This document shows, in pieces, positions 38,160 to 49,500 of a stretch of DNA of 64,000 bases. The DNA lies in NCBI GenBank assembly GCA_023411645.1, contig JAEYON010000055.1, positions 17,118 through 81,117 of the forward strand, written 5' to 3'. The position numbers were made by a program, and so were the translations under genes. Each line of letters starts with the position of its first letter. Within the stretch, counting starts at the first letter, position 1. This stretch comes from Bacillota bacterium. Lineage in GTDB: Bacteria; Bacillota; Clostridia; Acetivibrionales; DTU013. The notes below the pieces were generated by a model, which had not been told where the DNA came from, made no database searches, and saw only the letters and a program-made list of their open reading frames with translations.

Positions 38160-39965
38160 ATGAGCGGAAATAAAAATACATTGCCGGTAAGAGATGATAT
38201 TGAAGCAAAGTATAAATGGAAGCTTGAGGACATTTACGCAAGTGACGGCCTGTGGGAAGAGGACTTTAAGAAGGTGCGCAGCATGTCCGAAGCTATGCCT
38301 TCATACAGAGGCAGGCTTGCAGGTGACATGAAGGCGCTGATGGAATGCCTGAAACTCAGTGAAGAGATGATGGCTTTGAATGATAAAGTATTTGTCTATG
38401 CCAGAATGAGACGTGATGAAGATAACACCCAGTCGAAATATCAGGCGCTGACCGACAGGGCAATGGCGTTGAGTACAGATGTTTATGCCTCCGTTTCATT
38501 TATGGTGCCGGAGATCCTTTCTATAGATGAAACTCTACTTAAAAAGAGTGTTGATGAGGTTGAGGGATTGGCTATATACAAACAGTATATCAATGAACTG
38601 CTTAGGCAAAAGCAGCATATCCTTTCAGACCGGGAGGAGGAATTGCTTGCGCTTTCAGCAGAAATGGCCGGAGCTTCTTCGGATATCTTCACAATGTTCA
38701 ACAATGCCGATATCAGATTTGGGCATATAAAGGATGAGAACGGAGATGAGGTGGAAGTGACCAAGGGGCGGTATATCAAGTTCCTTGAATCCCCCGACAG
38801 GCGAGTTAGGGAGGATGCTTTCCATGCATTATACTCATCTTATTCTGCGATGATCAACACTCTGGCGGCATCACTGAACAGCAATATCAAAAAGAACAGA
38901 TTTTACGCCACCGTCAGAAAGTATGATTCCAGCCGCAGCGCATCACTGGACAGCGACAATGTGCCTGCATCTGTATATGACAATCTGATAGATACGGTCA
39001 ATAAAAACCTGCCGCTGCTGCACAGGTATCTGAAACTTCGTAAAAAGGCTTTGAAGCTGGAGCAGCTGCATATGTATGATCTTTATGTCCCGATCGTCGA
39101 AGAACCGCCAAAGCAAATCAGCTATGAGGAAGCCGTTGAAATGGTGAAAAAGGGACTTGCTCCGATGGGCTGCTGTTACCTGGAGGATCTGGAGGATGCC
39201 TTTAAGTCAGGCTGGATAGATGTATTTGAGAACAAGGGGAAAACCAGCGGAGCTTACTCTTGGGGGACGCACCTGACGCATCCCTTTGTGCTGCTGAACT
39301 ATCAGGGAACGATCAACGATGTTTTTACAATTGCCCATGAGATGGGTCACGCAATGCACTCCTTCTATACAAATAAGACCCAGCCGTATATATATTCCGA
39401 GTATAAGATCTTTGTGGCGGAGGTGGCTTCAACAGTCAATGAATCGCTGCTTATCAATTATCTTCTGGCGGTCACGCCGGACAAAAGGGAAAGGGCTTAT
39501 CTGCTCAATCACTATCTGGAGGAATTCCGTGGCACCCTGTTCCGCCAGACTATGTTTGCAGAGTTTGAGAAGATCACCCATAACCTGATTGAGAGCGGAG
39601 AGGCATTGACAGCGCAGGAATTCTGCAGGATTTACAGGGAGTTGAATGAAAAGTATTTTGGCGACCAGGTTGTCATTGACGATGAAATCGCTTTAGAATG
39701 GGCAAGGATACCGCATTTCTACTCCAGCTTCTATGTGTACAAATACGCCACCGGTATTTCTGCTGCAGTATCTCTATCACAGCAGATTCTAAAAGAAGGC
39801 GTTCCTGCTGTGGACCGCTACACCGAGTTCCTAAAGAGCGGCGGATCAGATTATCCGCTTGAGCTGCTGAAAAAGGCCGGTGTAGATCTGACAAGGCCGG
39901 AGCCGGTGGAGGATGCGCTGAAGACATTTGAATCTATTTTGGACGAACTTGAAAAACTGATATAA
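38160..39965 (+). CDS. pepF: Oligoendopeptidase F (M3B)
   Basis: The ORF track starts at 38103. ATG 38160 has GAGGTGG upstream. Zinc motif HEMGH and typical PepF length. Confidence 0.9.
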   Translation: MSGNKNTLPVRDDIEAKYKWKLEDIYASDGLWEEDFKKVRSMSEAMPSYRGRLAGDMKALMECLKLSEEMMALNDKVFVYARMRRDEDNTQSKYQALTDRAMALSTDVYASVSFMVPEILSIDETLLKKSVDEVEGLAIYKQYINELLRQKQHILSDREEELLALSAEMAGASSDIFTMFNNADIRFGHIKDENGDEVEVTKGRYIKFLESPDRRVREDAFHALYSSYSAMINTLAASLNSNIKKNRFYATVRKYDSSRSASLDSDNVPASVYDNLIDTVNKNLPLLHRYLKLRKKALKLEQLHMYDLYVPIVEEPPKQISYEEAVEMVKKGLAPMGCCYLEDLEDAFKSGWIDVFENKGKTSGAYSWGTHLTHPFVLLNYQGTINDVFTIAHEMGHAMHSFYTNKTQPYIYSEYKIFVAEVASTVNESLLINYLLAVTPDKRERAYLLNHYLEEFRGTLFRQTMFAEFEKITHNLIESGEALTAQEFCRIYRELNEKYFGDQVVIDDEIALEWARIPHFYSSFYVYKYATGISAAVSLSQQILKEGVPAVDRYTEFLKSGGSDYPLELLKKAGVDLTRPEPVEDALKTFESILDELEKLI

Positions 39966-40078
39966 CGTTACAGTTCACACTATCGTTGATATTGTGCAAT
40001 AACGGAAACGGAGCTTCATTTGCAGGAGCTGTGACAAGGACAGCAGGCGTTATTATAGAAAGGAAGGATCGATAGAAC

Positions 40079-41194
40079 ATGACGGATCAAAGGATAGAAT
40101 TGCTTGCGAAAAATCTAGTGAATTACTCATGTAAGGTTAAGCAGGGCGAGAAGGTGCTTATCGAGGTAAAGGGCTTTGAGCTGCCGCTTACAAAGGCTTT
40201 GATAAAAGAAGTGTATAATGCGGGTGGGATGCCGTTCGTCACTATAAAAAATGACGAGATTATCCGTGTACTGCTTAACGGCTGCAGTGAAGAGCAAATC
40301 AGGCTGATGGCCGCATTTGAACTCGACAGGATGAAGAATATGGATGCGTATATCGGCGTCAGGTATGCAGATAATACGAATGAGCTTGGGGATGTTCCCG
40401 AAGAAAAGATGAAGCTGTACAGCTCCCTATTCAACAAACCTGTCCACTCGGAGCAGAGGGTCGAACATACTAAATGGGTGGTTCTCAGGTATCCAAACAG
40501 CGCAATGGCACAAATGGCAGAAATGTCTACAGAAGCTTTTGAAGACTTCTACTTTGACGTATGCAACCTGGATTATTCAAAAATGTCTAAAGCGATGGAT
40601 CCGCTTGTAAAATGGATGGAGAAAACAGACCGCGTCAGAATCACCGGCACAAACACAGACCTGTCGTTCTCGATCAAAGGCCTGCCTGCAATAAAATGTG
40701 ACGGTGGTCGGAACATCCCTGACGGCGAGGTTTTTACAGCGCCGGTCAGAGAATCGGTTAACGGGATCATCAGCTTCAATACTCCGGCAAAGTACCAGGG
40801 CTTCACTTATGAAAATGTGACACTGGAATTCAAGGACGGTAGAATCATCAAAGCAACTGCCAACGATACAGAGAGGATCAATAAGGTCTTCGATACGGAT
40901 GAAGGCGCAAGATACGTAGGTGAATTCTCTCTTGGAATAAACCCCTATATAGATAAGCCCATGAAAGACACTCTGTTTGATGAAAAAATCAAGGGTAGCT
41001 TCCATTTTACACCGGGTAGCTGTTATGATGAGTGCAATAATGGGAACAAGTCGGCAATACACTGGGACTTGGTTTTCATTCAGAGGCCTGAATACGGCGG
41101 CGGAGAGATTTGGTTTGATGATACTCTGGTTCGTAAGGATGGTCTATTTGTTCCTGAGGAACTGCAGTGTCTGAACCCGGAGAATTTGAAATAG
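40079..41194 (+). CDS. M29-family aminopeptidase (AmpS/PepS-like)
   Basis: 371 aa. N-terminal ..ELLAKNLVNYSCKVKQGEKVLIE.. and C-terminal ..HWDLV.. blocks are typical of thermophilic-metalloprotease M29 aminopeptidases. Confidence 0.8.
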   Translation: MTDQRIELLAKNLVNYSCKVKQGEKVLIEVKGFELPLTKALIKEVYNAGGMPFVTIKNDEIIRVLLNGCSEEQIRLMAAFELDRMKNMDAYIGVRYADNTNELGDVPEEKMKLYSSLFNKPVHSEQRVEHTKWVVLRYPNSAMAQMAEMSTEAFEDFYFDVCNLDYSKMSKAMDPLVKWMEKTDRVRITGTNTDLSFSIKGLPAIKCDGGRNIPDGEVFTAPVRESVNGIISFNTPAKYQGFTYENVTLEFKDGRIIKATANDTERINKVFDTDEGARYVGEFSLGINPYIDKPMKDTLFDEKIKGSFHFTPGSCYDECNNGNKSAIHWDLVFIQRPEYGGGEIWFDDTLVRKDGLFVPEELQCLNPENLK

Positions 41195-41268
41195 ATGGCA
41201 GGGGACTGTTCTCTTGTGTTCTGCCTGTAGTGTTTGATTTTGGAGGCTTTGTGAGGGTATGAGGGTAT

Positions 41269-42462
41269 ATGGATAATTGGATGATCGGTGCCAGGCTGGT
41301 TATTTTATTGTACTGTATTCTGTATTTTCTGCGGGGTGATATGGAAAGTATTCCGCTGGTTTTGCTGATGCTGCTGGCCTATATTTCTTTCACGGTTCTT
41401 TTTTATATATTTAATAATCGCGTTGTAAGAAGAGGCTCCCGAATTGTTTCCATTGGGATTCTCGCTTTTGCTGCTATTGTTACGGAACCTTCATATCTGC
41501 TTCTTATTTCTGTTGATATTCTTGAGTTGCTTTCGGACTTTACTGACAATTGGAAGATCTGCCTGTTCTTTATGGTAATACCTTCCGTACTGGTTGGTAA
41601 GGATTGGCTCGCCGAATATGTGGTCATCAGCCTGCTTGTGTTTTTGATCTATTTATTGGCGGCATATCATTTTCGGTCTTTTTCCGAACTGAAAAAGGCT
41701 AACGAAAGGCTTCGGGACAGAAACGAAGAACTGATTGGCAGGTTGGATGCAGGTAACGAATATGAGGCGCAGATGCGCTATTTGTCGCAGATCGAGGAGA
41801 GGAACAGCCTGGCGCAAAGAATACATGACAAGGTTGGGCATACGCTGGCGGGAAGTATTATTCAACTGGAAGCGGCAGGATTAATACTGGAAAAGGACCG
41901 GGACAAAGCGGTGGAGATCGTCAGGAATGTGACCGAGAACCTGAAGGACGGGATGGAAAGCATACGGCTTACGCTGCGCACAATAAAGCCGCCTGCGGAG
42001 CAGCTGGGAATCAACCGGATGAAGCTGATCCTGGAAGAGTTCACTATGAACCATTCAATTAAAACCTTCTTTTCCTATACCGGCAGCCTGGAAGTGATTT
42101 CCCATCTGCACTGGAAAATCATAATTGACAATATGAAGGAGTCGCTGACTAATGCTCTTAAGTATTCGTCCGCTACCAGGATCAATGTGAAGCTTGAGGT
42201 TATGAACAGGCTGATCAAGACTGAAGTGAGTGATAATGGTATAGGCGCTCTTACCATTAAAAAAGGAATGGGTTTGTCAGGGATGGAAGAGCGGACGGAA
42301 AATGCCGGAGGAAAGCTTATTCTGGATGGCTCCAGCGGATTTTCAGTAATCACGCTCCTTCCTGCAGAACAGGTGAATACAGAAACCAAAAACTCGAACG
42401 ATAATAATTCGAATGTTATTTATTCAAGTGCCACTTATCCGAATAAGAGCGGGGAGGACTAA
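41269..42462 (+). CDS. Sensor histidine kinase (HisKA_3 / NarL-partner type), polytopic N-terminus
   Basis: 397 aa. About 5 TM helices, a coiled coil, H-box RIHDKVGHTLAGS and ATPase boxes DNGIG / GMGLSGMEER. Confidence 0.85.
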   Translation: MDNWMIGARLVILLYCILYFLRGDMESIPLVLLMLLAYISFTVLFYIFNNRVVRRGSRIVSIGILAFAAIVTEPSYLLLISVDILELLSDFTDNWKICLFFMVIPSVLVGKDWLAEYVVISLLVFLIYLLAAYHFRSFSELKKANERLRDRNEELIGRLDAGNEYEAQMRYLSQIEERNSLAQRIHDKVGHTLAGSIIQLEAAGLILEKDRDKAVEIVRNVTENLKDGMESIRLTLRTIKPPAEQLGINRMKLILEEFTMNHSIKTFFSYTGSLEVISHLHWKIIIDNMKESLTNALKYSSATRINVKLEVMNRLIKTEVSDNGIGALTIKKGMGLSGMEERTENAGGKLILDGSSGFSVITLLPAEQVNTETKNSNDNNSNVIYSSATYPNKSGED

Positions 42463-42463
42463 A

Positions 42464-43108
42464 ATGGCAATCAGAGTACTAATCGCGGATGATGACGCAT
42501 TAATCAGAGAAGGTTTAAATATCATCCTTCAGACAGATGAACGGTTTGAAGTCGTTGTTTGTGTTGAAAACGGTCTGCGGGCTCTGGAGTTCTGTATCAG
42601 GGAGCAGGTGGATGTTGCGCTGCTGGACGTGAGAATGCCCGTAATGGACGGACTTCAGGCCGCCAGAGAGATTTCCGGTGCAACAGGGACAAAACCATTG
42701 ATCCTGACAACCTTTGATGATAATGATTTTATTCTCAATGCAGTAAAAAATGGTGCAAAAGGTTATTTGCTCAAGGGCAGCCCGCCTTCGCGAATCATGG
42801 ATGCTATTCGGATCGTGCATGAAGGCGGTACTGTAATGCAAGATGTTGCGATGGATATCATAAAGCAGGAACTTTCATCAGGCAGGCATAAAAGCATTCC
42901 CGAAGGACTGCTCACAGACAGGGAAATGGATATTGCCGCGCTGATTGCGAAAGGACACTCAAATAAGGAGATTGCCAATAAGCTTTTTATGTCTGAGGGA
43001 ACTATTAAAAATTATATTTCGGCCATACTTGACAAAACTAATCTGGAGCACAGAACACAGATCGCCATCTACTACCTGACCGGCGACAAAGGTGCGATAG
43101 ATGAGTGA
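42464..43108 (+). CDS. NarL/LuxR-family response regulator
   Basis: Start at ATG 42464 (MAIRVLIADDD), 1 nt after the kinase stop. REC domain plus a C-terminal LuxR HTH (..GHSNKEIANKLFMSEGTIKNYIS..). Confidence 0.9.
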   Translation: MAIRVLIADDDALIREGLNIILQTDERFEVVVCVENGLRALEFCIREQVDVALLDVRMPVMDGLQAAREISGATGTKPLILTTFDDNDFILNAVKNGAKGYLLKGSPPSRIMDAIRIVHEGGTVMQDVAMDIIKQELSSGRHKSIPEGLLTDREMDIAALIAKGHSNKEIANKLFMSEGTIKNYISAILDKTNLEHRTQIAIYYLTGDKGAIDE

Positions 43109-43215
43109 AGTCAACCCGCTCTTGTTACTTTAGTCATGAATAACAGTGACCTTACGTACTAACGAAGGGGCGCTGTTTTTTTTATAATTGAAGCATACAG
43201 GAAAGGGGTGTATAT

Positions 43216-44154
43216 ATGAGCACAGTCAAAATGGAACAAGTCACAAAAAGCTTCGGAGATATTATAGCAGTTGATAAAATGTCGCTAAGCATAGAAGAAA
43301 GGGAAATATTTGGGCTGCTTGGACCGAATGGAGCAGGCAAGAGTACGGTGATTAACATGATTACCGGACTTTTGAGTATTGATAAAGGGTCGATCAGTGT
43401 GAACGGCAGCGACGTTAAAAAAGAAAAGATGACGATAAAAGCACAAATCGGCATAGTCCCGCAGGATATTGCCATTTATGAGGAACTTACCAGTCTTGAG
43501 AATGTACGGTTTTTTGCGAGTTTGTACGGATTGAGAGGAAAAGAGCTGGAGTCTGCAGCGTTGGAAGCCCTTGAATTTACCGGTCTTTCTGACAAAAGTA
43601 AAAGCTATCCTAAAAACTTTTCCGGCGGTATGAAGAGGAGGCTGAACATTGCCTGCGCCATTGCCCACAAACCAAGGCTCATTATCATGGATGAACCGAC
43701 AGTCGGTATTGACCCTCAGTCGAGGAACCATATCCTCCAATCTGTAAAGAAACTCAATGAAATGGGAAGTACCATCATTTATACCAGTCACTACATGGAG
43801 GAAGTTGAGGAAATATGCAGCCGCATTGCGATCATGGATCATGGCAAGGTGATTGCACTGGGAACCTGTGACGAACTTATAGACCTGATCAACGACAGGA
43901 ACATTGTGTCGGTGACTGTCATGGATTCTGTTTCCAAAATAAACGAGGAAAGTATAATGGAAATATCAGGGGTTGACAGTGTGAAAATCGAAGAGAATAC
44001 AGTAAAGATTTCAAGTGCTCGGGAAGTAAACAATTTGGATAAAATTATTAATTATTTCACCTCCAATGGTATATCGATCAACAGTGTCGAAAGTAAAAAG
44101 CCGGATCTTGAGACAGTATTTTTGTCAATGACCGGCAGAAAACTCAGGGATTAG
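43216..44154 (+). CDS. ABC transporter ATP-binding protein (ABC-2 exporter type)
   Basis: 312 aa. Walker A GPNGAGKST, signature FSGGMKRR and Walker B IIMDEPT. Confidence 0.9.
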   Translation: MSTVKMEQVTKSFGDIIAVDKMSLSIEEREIFGLLGPNGAGKSTVINMITGLLSIDKGSISVNGSDVKKEKMTIKAQIGIVPQDIAIYEELTSLENVRFFASLYGLRGKELESAALEALEFTGLSDKSKSYPKNFSGGMKRRLNIACAIAHKPRLIIMDEPTVGIDPQSRNHILQSVKKLNEMGSTIIYTSHYMEEVEEICSRIAIMDHGKVIALGTCDELIDLINDRNIVSVTVMDSVSKINEESIMEISGVDSVKIEENTVKISSAREVNNLDKIINYFTSNGISINSVESKKPDLETVFLSMTGRKLRD

Positions 44155-44167
44155 AGGAGGTGGGATT

Positions 44168-45307
44168 GTGAGAATATTACGGGTTATACTAAAAGAATTC
44201 AAGCAAAACATGAGGGACTATAAGTCAAATGCCTTGATGGTGCTGTTTCCAATTGTTTTAATCACTATACTTGGTGCGGCCTTCAGCGGGTTGTTCAGCA
44301 GTTCCGCTGCGCTTGAGGACGAGAAGGTATTATACAAGGTCGATGTGACGGAGAATGTACAATTTGCGGCTGCCTTTGAAAACTTTTGTGAATTATTGTC
44401 TGATGAAACGGGAATTGTGTTTGAAAAGACAGAAGATGTGGAAGCTGCTAAGGCAGATACGGAAAACCATTCATATTCTGCGCTGGTGCATATAACAGAA
44501 AACCCGCTGCAAATCAATTTTTATAAAAATGAAAGAGCAGGCTTTAGCACAACGCTGATGGAAAACTCACTCAACAGCTTTATTAAAACATATGATGCAA
44601 TGACTGCTATCGCAGTGAACAATCCTACCGCTTTCGACAAGATGCAAGTTAAGGTAAACAAAGAATATGTGCGCATCAGGTCGCTGGATCCAAAGAGAAA
44701 TCCCGGTTCTACGGATTATTATGCGATTACGATGTTGACGTTAATCATGTTGTATTCGTCACTTACGGGATTTTGGGGCATCAGGAGCGAAATCGATCAA
44801 AAAACCGCTCCCAGGATACTATGCAGTCCGGTGCGCAGCTTTGAATTGCTGACAGGAAAGGTGATAGGCAGTTTCTTTGTAACAATTGTCCAGGGGGTTA
44901 TAGTGATACTGTTCAGCAAATGGGTACTGAATGCTTATTGGGGTGAGAATATATTGCCCGTGGCAATTCTTATCCTGACATACGCTTTAATGACGGTAAG
45001 TATTGGTGTAGCTTTGGCCTTTCTAATCAGGAGCAGTGATGTTGCTTCTGGCATCCTGAACACTGTGATCCCTGTATTGGTGTTCCTTGGAGGAGGTTAC
45101 ATGCCTCTGAGTATTATGAATGGCTTCATTTTAAAGATAGCACAAGTATCACCGGTTTATTGGATCAATACGGCTTTGTTTAAAATTATTAATGAGCGAG
45201 ATTATTCCGGTATGCCGTCCTCAATAGCAATTAACCTCGGAATAGCCATGCTTTCCATTATAATCTCAGCAATATTTTCTAAAAGGGGGAAACTAGCATA
45301 TGCGTAA
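44168..45307 (+). CDS. ABC-2-type transporter permease
   Basis: 379 aa. One N-terminal TM, a large extracytoplasmic loop, then 5 C-terminal TM helices. Confidence 0.75.
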   Translation: MRILRVILKEFKQNMRDYKSNALMVLFPIVLITILGAAFSGLFSSSAALEDEKVLYKVDVTENVQFAAAFENFCELLSDETGIVFEKTEDVEAAKADTENHSYSALVHITENPLQINFYKNERAGFSTTLMENSLNSFIKTYDAMTAIAVNNPTAFDKMQVKVNKEYVRIRSLDPKRNPGSTDYYAITMLTLIMLYSSLTGFWGIRSEIDQKTAPRILCSPVRSFELLTGKVIGSFFVTIVQGVIVILFSKWVLNAYWGENILPVAILILTYALMTVSIGVALAFLIRSSDVASGILNTVIPVLVFLGGGYMPLSIMNGFILKIAQVSPVYWINTALFKIINERDYSGMPSSIAINLGIAMLSIIISAIFSKRGKLAYA

Positions 45308-46445
45308 TATAGTACAGATAATATCCAATATCCTGAAGACGACATTCAGGAAAAAAGCAAATATAATCATATATGTTTTTCTTCCCTTGCTGGGTGTACT
45401 GTTATCGCTGCTGATTTATGGAGGTACAAGTTCATCGCAGGTCAGGGTTGGCTTTACAAGCCGTGATGACGGTATTCTGGCTGCAGAGGTGAGGAATGTA
45501 CTGGACTCAAAAGAAGGCTTTTCAGTATCTGACGTCATAGAAGAGGAAATCAACGGCAAGCTAACGGAACAGATGCTTGATGTGGTCATAAGTATTCCTG
45601 AGGGCTTCACCGAAAGCGTTTATAGCGGTGACATAAAGGATGTTGAAATCATAACGATCAAGGGACTTGAGACGACAGCCTGGATCGAGCAATTGATTAA
45701 CAGCTATATGAATGTGCTTGAGAGACTATCCGCAGCATCTGAAGGGGATAGGATGCTGTTTGATAAAATGTATGAGCAATATGAGGAGACCTCGATTCAT
45801 CTGAATGTGGCTTCGATGGAGGATAAACAGGTAGGAAAATCAATGACATTGTCCACAATCGGATTCTTGATCATGTTTATAATGCTTGGGGCCGGCTTTA
45901 CCTCTTTAATTATTTTAAAAGAAAAAAGAAGCCGCACATATTACAGAATCTGTACCGCTCCGGTTAATTCACGTCAGTATATACTGGCCAATGCAATGAC
46001 AAGTGTTCTTATTATCATTGTACAGATCATTGTGATCCAGCTCTCGATGAGATTTGTTTTTCGAATTAATACCGGCATAAGCGACTCTGCAATGTTTATC
46101 ATACTGCTGATGTTTGGTCTTGTTGCCATCGGCCTGGGGCTTACCATTACGGCATTTTCCAGTTCTTCCTATATGGCTAGCAGCCTGAGCACGTTGATCA
46201 TGACGCCGACCTGTATGCTTGGAGGGTGCTTCTGGGATGTTGACTTTATGCCTGAATTTATGCAGAAGATTAGTTACTTTATGCCCCAAAGATGGGCGAT
46301 CGATGCGGTGAAGAAGCTTCAGAACAGAGCCGATTTTTCGGACGTATACATTAACCTGCTCGTGCTCGGTGCCTTTGCACTGGCGTTGATGCTTGTGGCC
46401 GCATACAAGTTCACTAAAACGGACAATCTGCGGAAGTTTGTGTAG
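45300..46445 (+). CDS. ABC-2-type transporter permease (second subunit)
   Basis: 381 aa with the same architecture. There is an 8-nt overlap (ATGCGTAA) with the previous gene. Confidence 0.75.
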   Translation: MRNIVQIISNILKTTFRKKANIIIYVFLPLLGVLLSLLIYGGTSSSQVRVGFTSRDDGILAAEVRNVLDSKEGFSVSDVIEEEINGKLTEQMLDVVISIPEGFTESVYSGDIKDVEIITIKGLETTAWIEQLINSYMNVLERLSAASEGDRMLFDKMYEQYEETSIHLNVASMEDKQVGKSMTLSTIGFLIMFIMLGAGFTSLIILKEKRSRTYYRICTAPVNSRQYILANAMTSVLIIIVQIIVIQLSMRFVFRINTGISDSAMFIILLMFGLVAIGLGLTITAFSSSSYMASSLSTLIMTPTCMLGGCFWDVDFMPEFMQKISYFMPQRWAIDAVKKLQNRADFSDVYINLLVLGAFALALMLVAAYKFTKTDNLRKFV

Positions 46446-46483
46446 GGGGAGCGGGCTGCCGATTCAGCAGCCCGTCCCCCTAC
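46442..46483. terminator. GC-rich stem-loop between convergent genes
   Basis: GTAGGGGGAGCGGGCTGC, 7 nt, GCAGCCCG-TCCCCCTAC. It overlaps the permease stop codon and has no U-tract on either side. Confidence 0.55.
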
Positions 46484-46520
46484 AGTTCAGGTGCGCTGTT
46501 TCTACAGCCCATTACCTTTT

Positions 46521-49500
46521 CTACTCAAACAGGGACCTGATTTCCTCCTGTGTCATCTTGGACAGAAGAGTTTCGCCGGGCTGGATGACAGCGTCGATTA
46601 AGCTGCGCTTCTTTTCCTGAAGAGCAAGTATTTTTTCCTCAATGGTGCCTTTTGTGACGAGCTTCATGACATAGACCGACTTCTTCTGGCCGATGCGGTA
46701 GGAGCGGTCGGTAGCCTGATCCTCCACGGCAGGGTTCCACCAGGGATCATAATGTATGACTGTATCAGCTCCGGTCAGGTTCAGTCCTGTACCACCGGCC
46801 TTAAGGGAGATCAGAAAGACCTTTCCCAGACCTTCGTTAAAGGAGTTAACAAGGTATCCCCTGTCAGAAACCGGTGTTGAACCATCAAGATAAAGGCAGG
46901 GGATTTTTATCGCTTCCAGCTTTTTACGGATCATCTGCAGCATAGTGGTAAATTGTGAAAAAAGAAGTATCCTGTGGCCGCCTTCAACAGATTCCTGGAT
47001 AATTTCCTCCAGTAGCTGCATCTTGCCGCTTCCACCCGTGTAGTTTTCCACAAACAGGGATGGATGACAGCAAAGCTGTCTGAGCCTTGTTAAAGCGGCC
47101 AGGATTCTGATCCTGCTCTTTTCAAACCCTGCTTCTAGAATCTCTTTATTAATCTCACCTCTGATGCCCTCCAGATATGCCAGATATATCTTTTTCTGTT
47201 CCTCCGTCAGTTCTGTGATCATAGTATGCTCGATTTTTTCCGGAAGCTCATTCAATACGTCCTTTTTCAATCTTCTGAGTATAAATGGCTTAATTTGACG
47301 GCTCAGATCATTGAACGTATCATGGCTGTCTTCATCTAAAGCCGACTGTACGAATTTTTTATTGAAATGGCTGTAGGAGTGAAGGTAGCCGGGAAGTACA
47401 AAGTCAAATACCGACCAGAGCTCATATAAGTTATTTTCCATAGGAGTACCGGTAAGAGCGTAACGGGTCTCAGCCTTAATAAGTTTTACGCATCTTGCGT
47501 TTCTCGATGCCGGATTTTTTATATGCTGTGCCTCATCCAGGATGCAGTATTGAAAATGATGTGCAGTATAGAACTCAATATCTCTCCTGATCAAAGGATA
47601 AGTGGTGATGACGACATCAAACCCGTCCAACTGCCCGATTAGATTGTTCCTCTCATCCCTATCTCCAATAATTGTTGTGTACTTCAGGCCTGGAGAAAAT
47701 TTGTCAAGCTCTGCGCACCAATTGAAGACCAACGAGGTCGGGACAATGATCAGAGATGGAGCAGAAGCGCGTTCCTCCTTGGCGGACAATAACAGGGCAA
47801 TGATCTGTAAGGTTTTACCCAGACCCATATCATCAGCCAATATACCGCCAAGCTTATAATAATCAAGCGTTTTCAGCCACTTAAATCCGAATTTCTGATA
47901 GTCCCTCAGCGAACCCTTCAATCCGGCCGGTAAAGGAAAGGCCATATCCTCAGGTTCTCTAATATTCTGTACAAACTCTTTGAATGCAGCATTTCTTTCA
48001 ATATTATTAAATCCTGATTCGCGGATATTTTGATCCAGATAAGAAGCCCTGAACCTCGGCATTTCAATAATCTCCTTAGCCATCTGCTGCGGAGCGACAT
48101 CAAGCTTTTCAAGGAAATCATTTAGCTTAATAAATTCGCTGGAGTCCAGCTTTATAAAACTACCGTTTTTAAGTTGGTAGAATTTCTTCTGCTGTCGTAT
48201 TGATAAGAAAATGTCAGGCAGCTCGGAACGGTCGATTCCGTCGGCGTCAAAGGAGAATTCAAGCATATTGGAATCCGTATTTAGCCGGAACTTGGCTGAA
48301 AATGATACTGCCGTCTTTAATTTTAGGGTTTTTAGGCTCTCCGAATAGTATACCGAGGCATAATCCTGGAGGAGTGGTACCAGACGGAAAACAAAATCAT
48401 AGATGTCCTCATCGCCGGACAGATGTACCCTTCCCTCCTTCACTTTGAAATTTGCCATTGCGAGAATGTCAAGAATTGCTTCCTCATTGCGGATTTCCCG
48501 AATCAGCAGCTTATCTGTGGAGGTTGAGGGACGGTTAAACGCCAGAAATGGGTTTACTATATTTTCACCATAGACAAACCGAACCTCCGCAGTGATATCC
48601 GACCCATCCCGATCCAAATAAACTTCGGCTTCCAGTGGCAGCTTTTCAATCGTGGAGAGCACTTGCTCAGTAATTACAAGCTTGCCTGCTTTTTCTGCAA
48701 ATGGCAGTATTTCTGACACGAATCGCTGTTTGTCTTCCTCAATAAATCTGAGCCTTCGGCTTTTTTGATACATCATGGCCATATAGAATGGCTTCAGGTA
48801 TTCGCTCTGCTGTTTTGAGACATGGTAGATCCCATTGCCGGAATAAAAATATTCGCCGTCCTCCGTCAGTGGAAGCAGTGAGCCTTCGAAATCAATATTC
48901 AGCACCAGATCCTGTCCCTCGCCGGACAGTAAAAAGTTTACCGGAATATCTTCGTTTTTGATGTTAACCGCATCAAGTTCATTGCCGAGAATATTAGCTC
49001 GGAAAGGTTTGTTTTCGTATATTCGCAGGAAACGTTTGAGGCTGCTGTCGGTAAGGCACACTTTCCCGTCCGGGAAAATACCGGTGTTCGTGATACCGCG
49101 GATGTAAGATGACACCAGCTTGTCACTTTCATATATTTCACGCAGCAGATTTATCAGCTCTAAATCAGTGCCCTTAAATTCATGACGAGAAGGTGAATAT
49201 GTAAATCTCTTCCCGAAGGCCAGATCCAGATTGTTTTCCAAATAATAAAGCAGTCTTCGTATATCCTTGACAATGTAAAGCCTTTCCTGCCCGATCCGCA
49301 GCTTAAGTGAAGGAGACATAGATCTCCCTGTGCCGTCGGCTTTTGCCAGCTCGAATGTGGGCTCGAGAAAGACAGTAGATTTTACGGTGATTTGTCTGTC
49401 GCCGAATAAGTTAAATATATCTTTTGCCGCTTGTCGAAAACGAAGCTCCCGGAAGAAGCCTTGACTGTCCTTTTCGCTGATGAGCAGCAAGACTGCTGCC

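Noticed and set aside
41269-46445. Lantibiotic/bacteriocin immunity or biosynthesis locus
   Set aside because: I found no precursor peptide, LanB/C/M, radical-SAM or peptidase-domain ABC (C39) gene within or beside the module.
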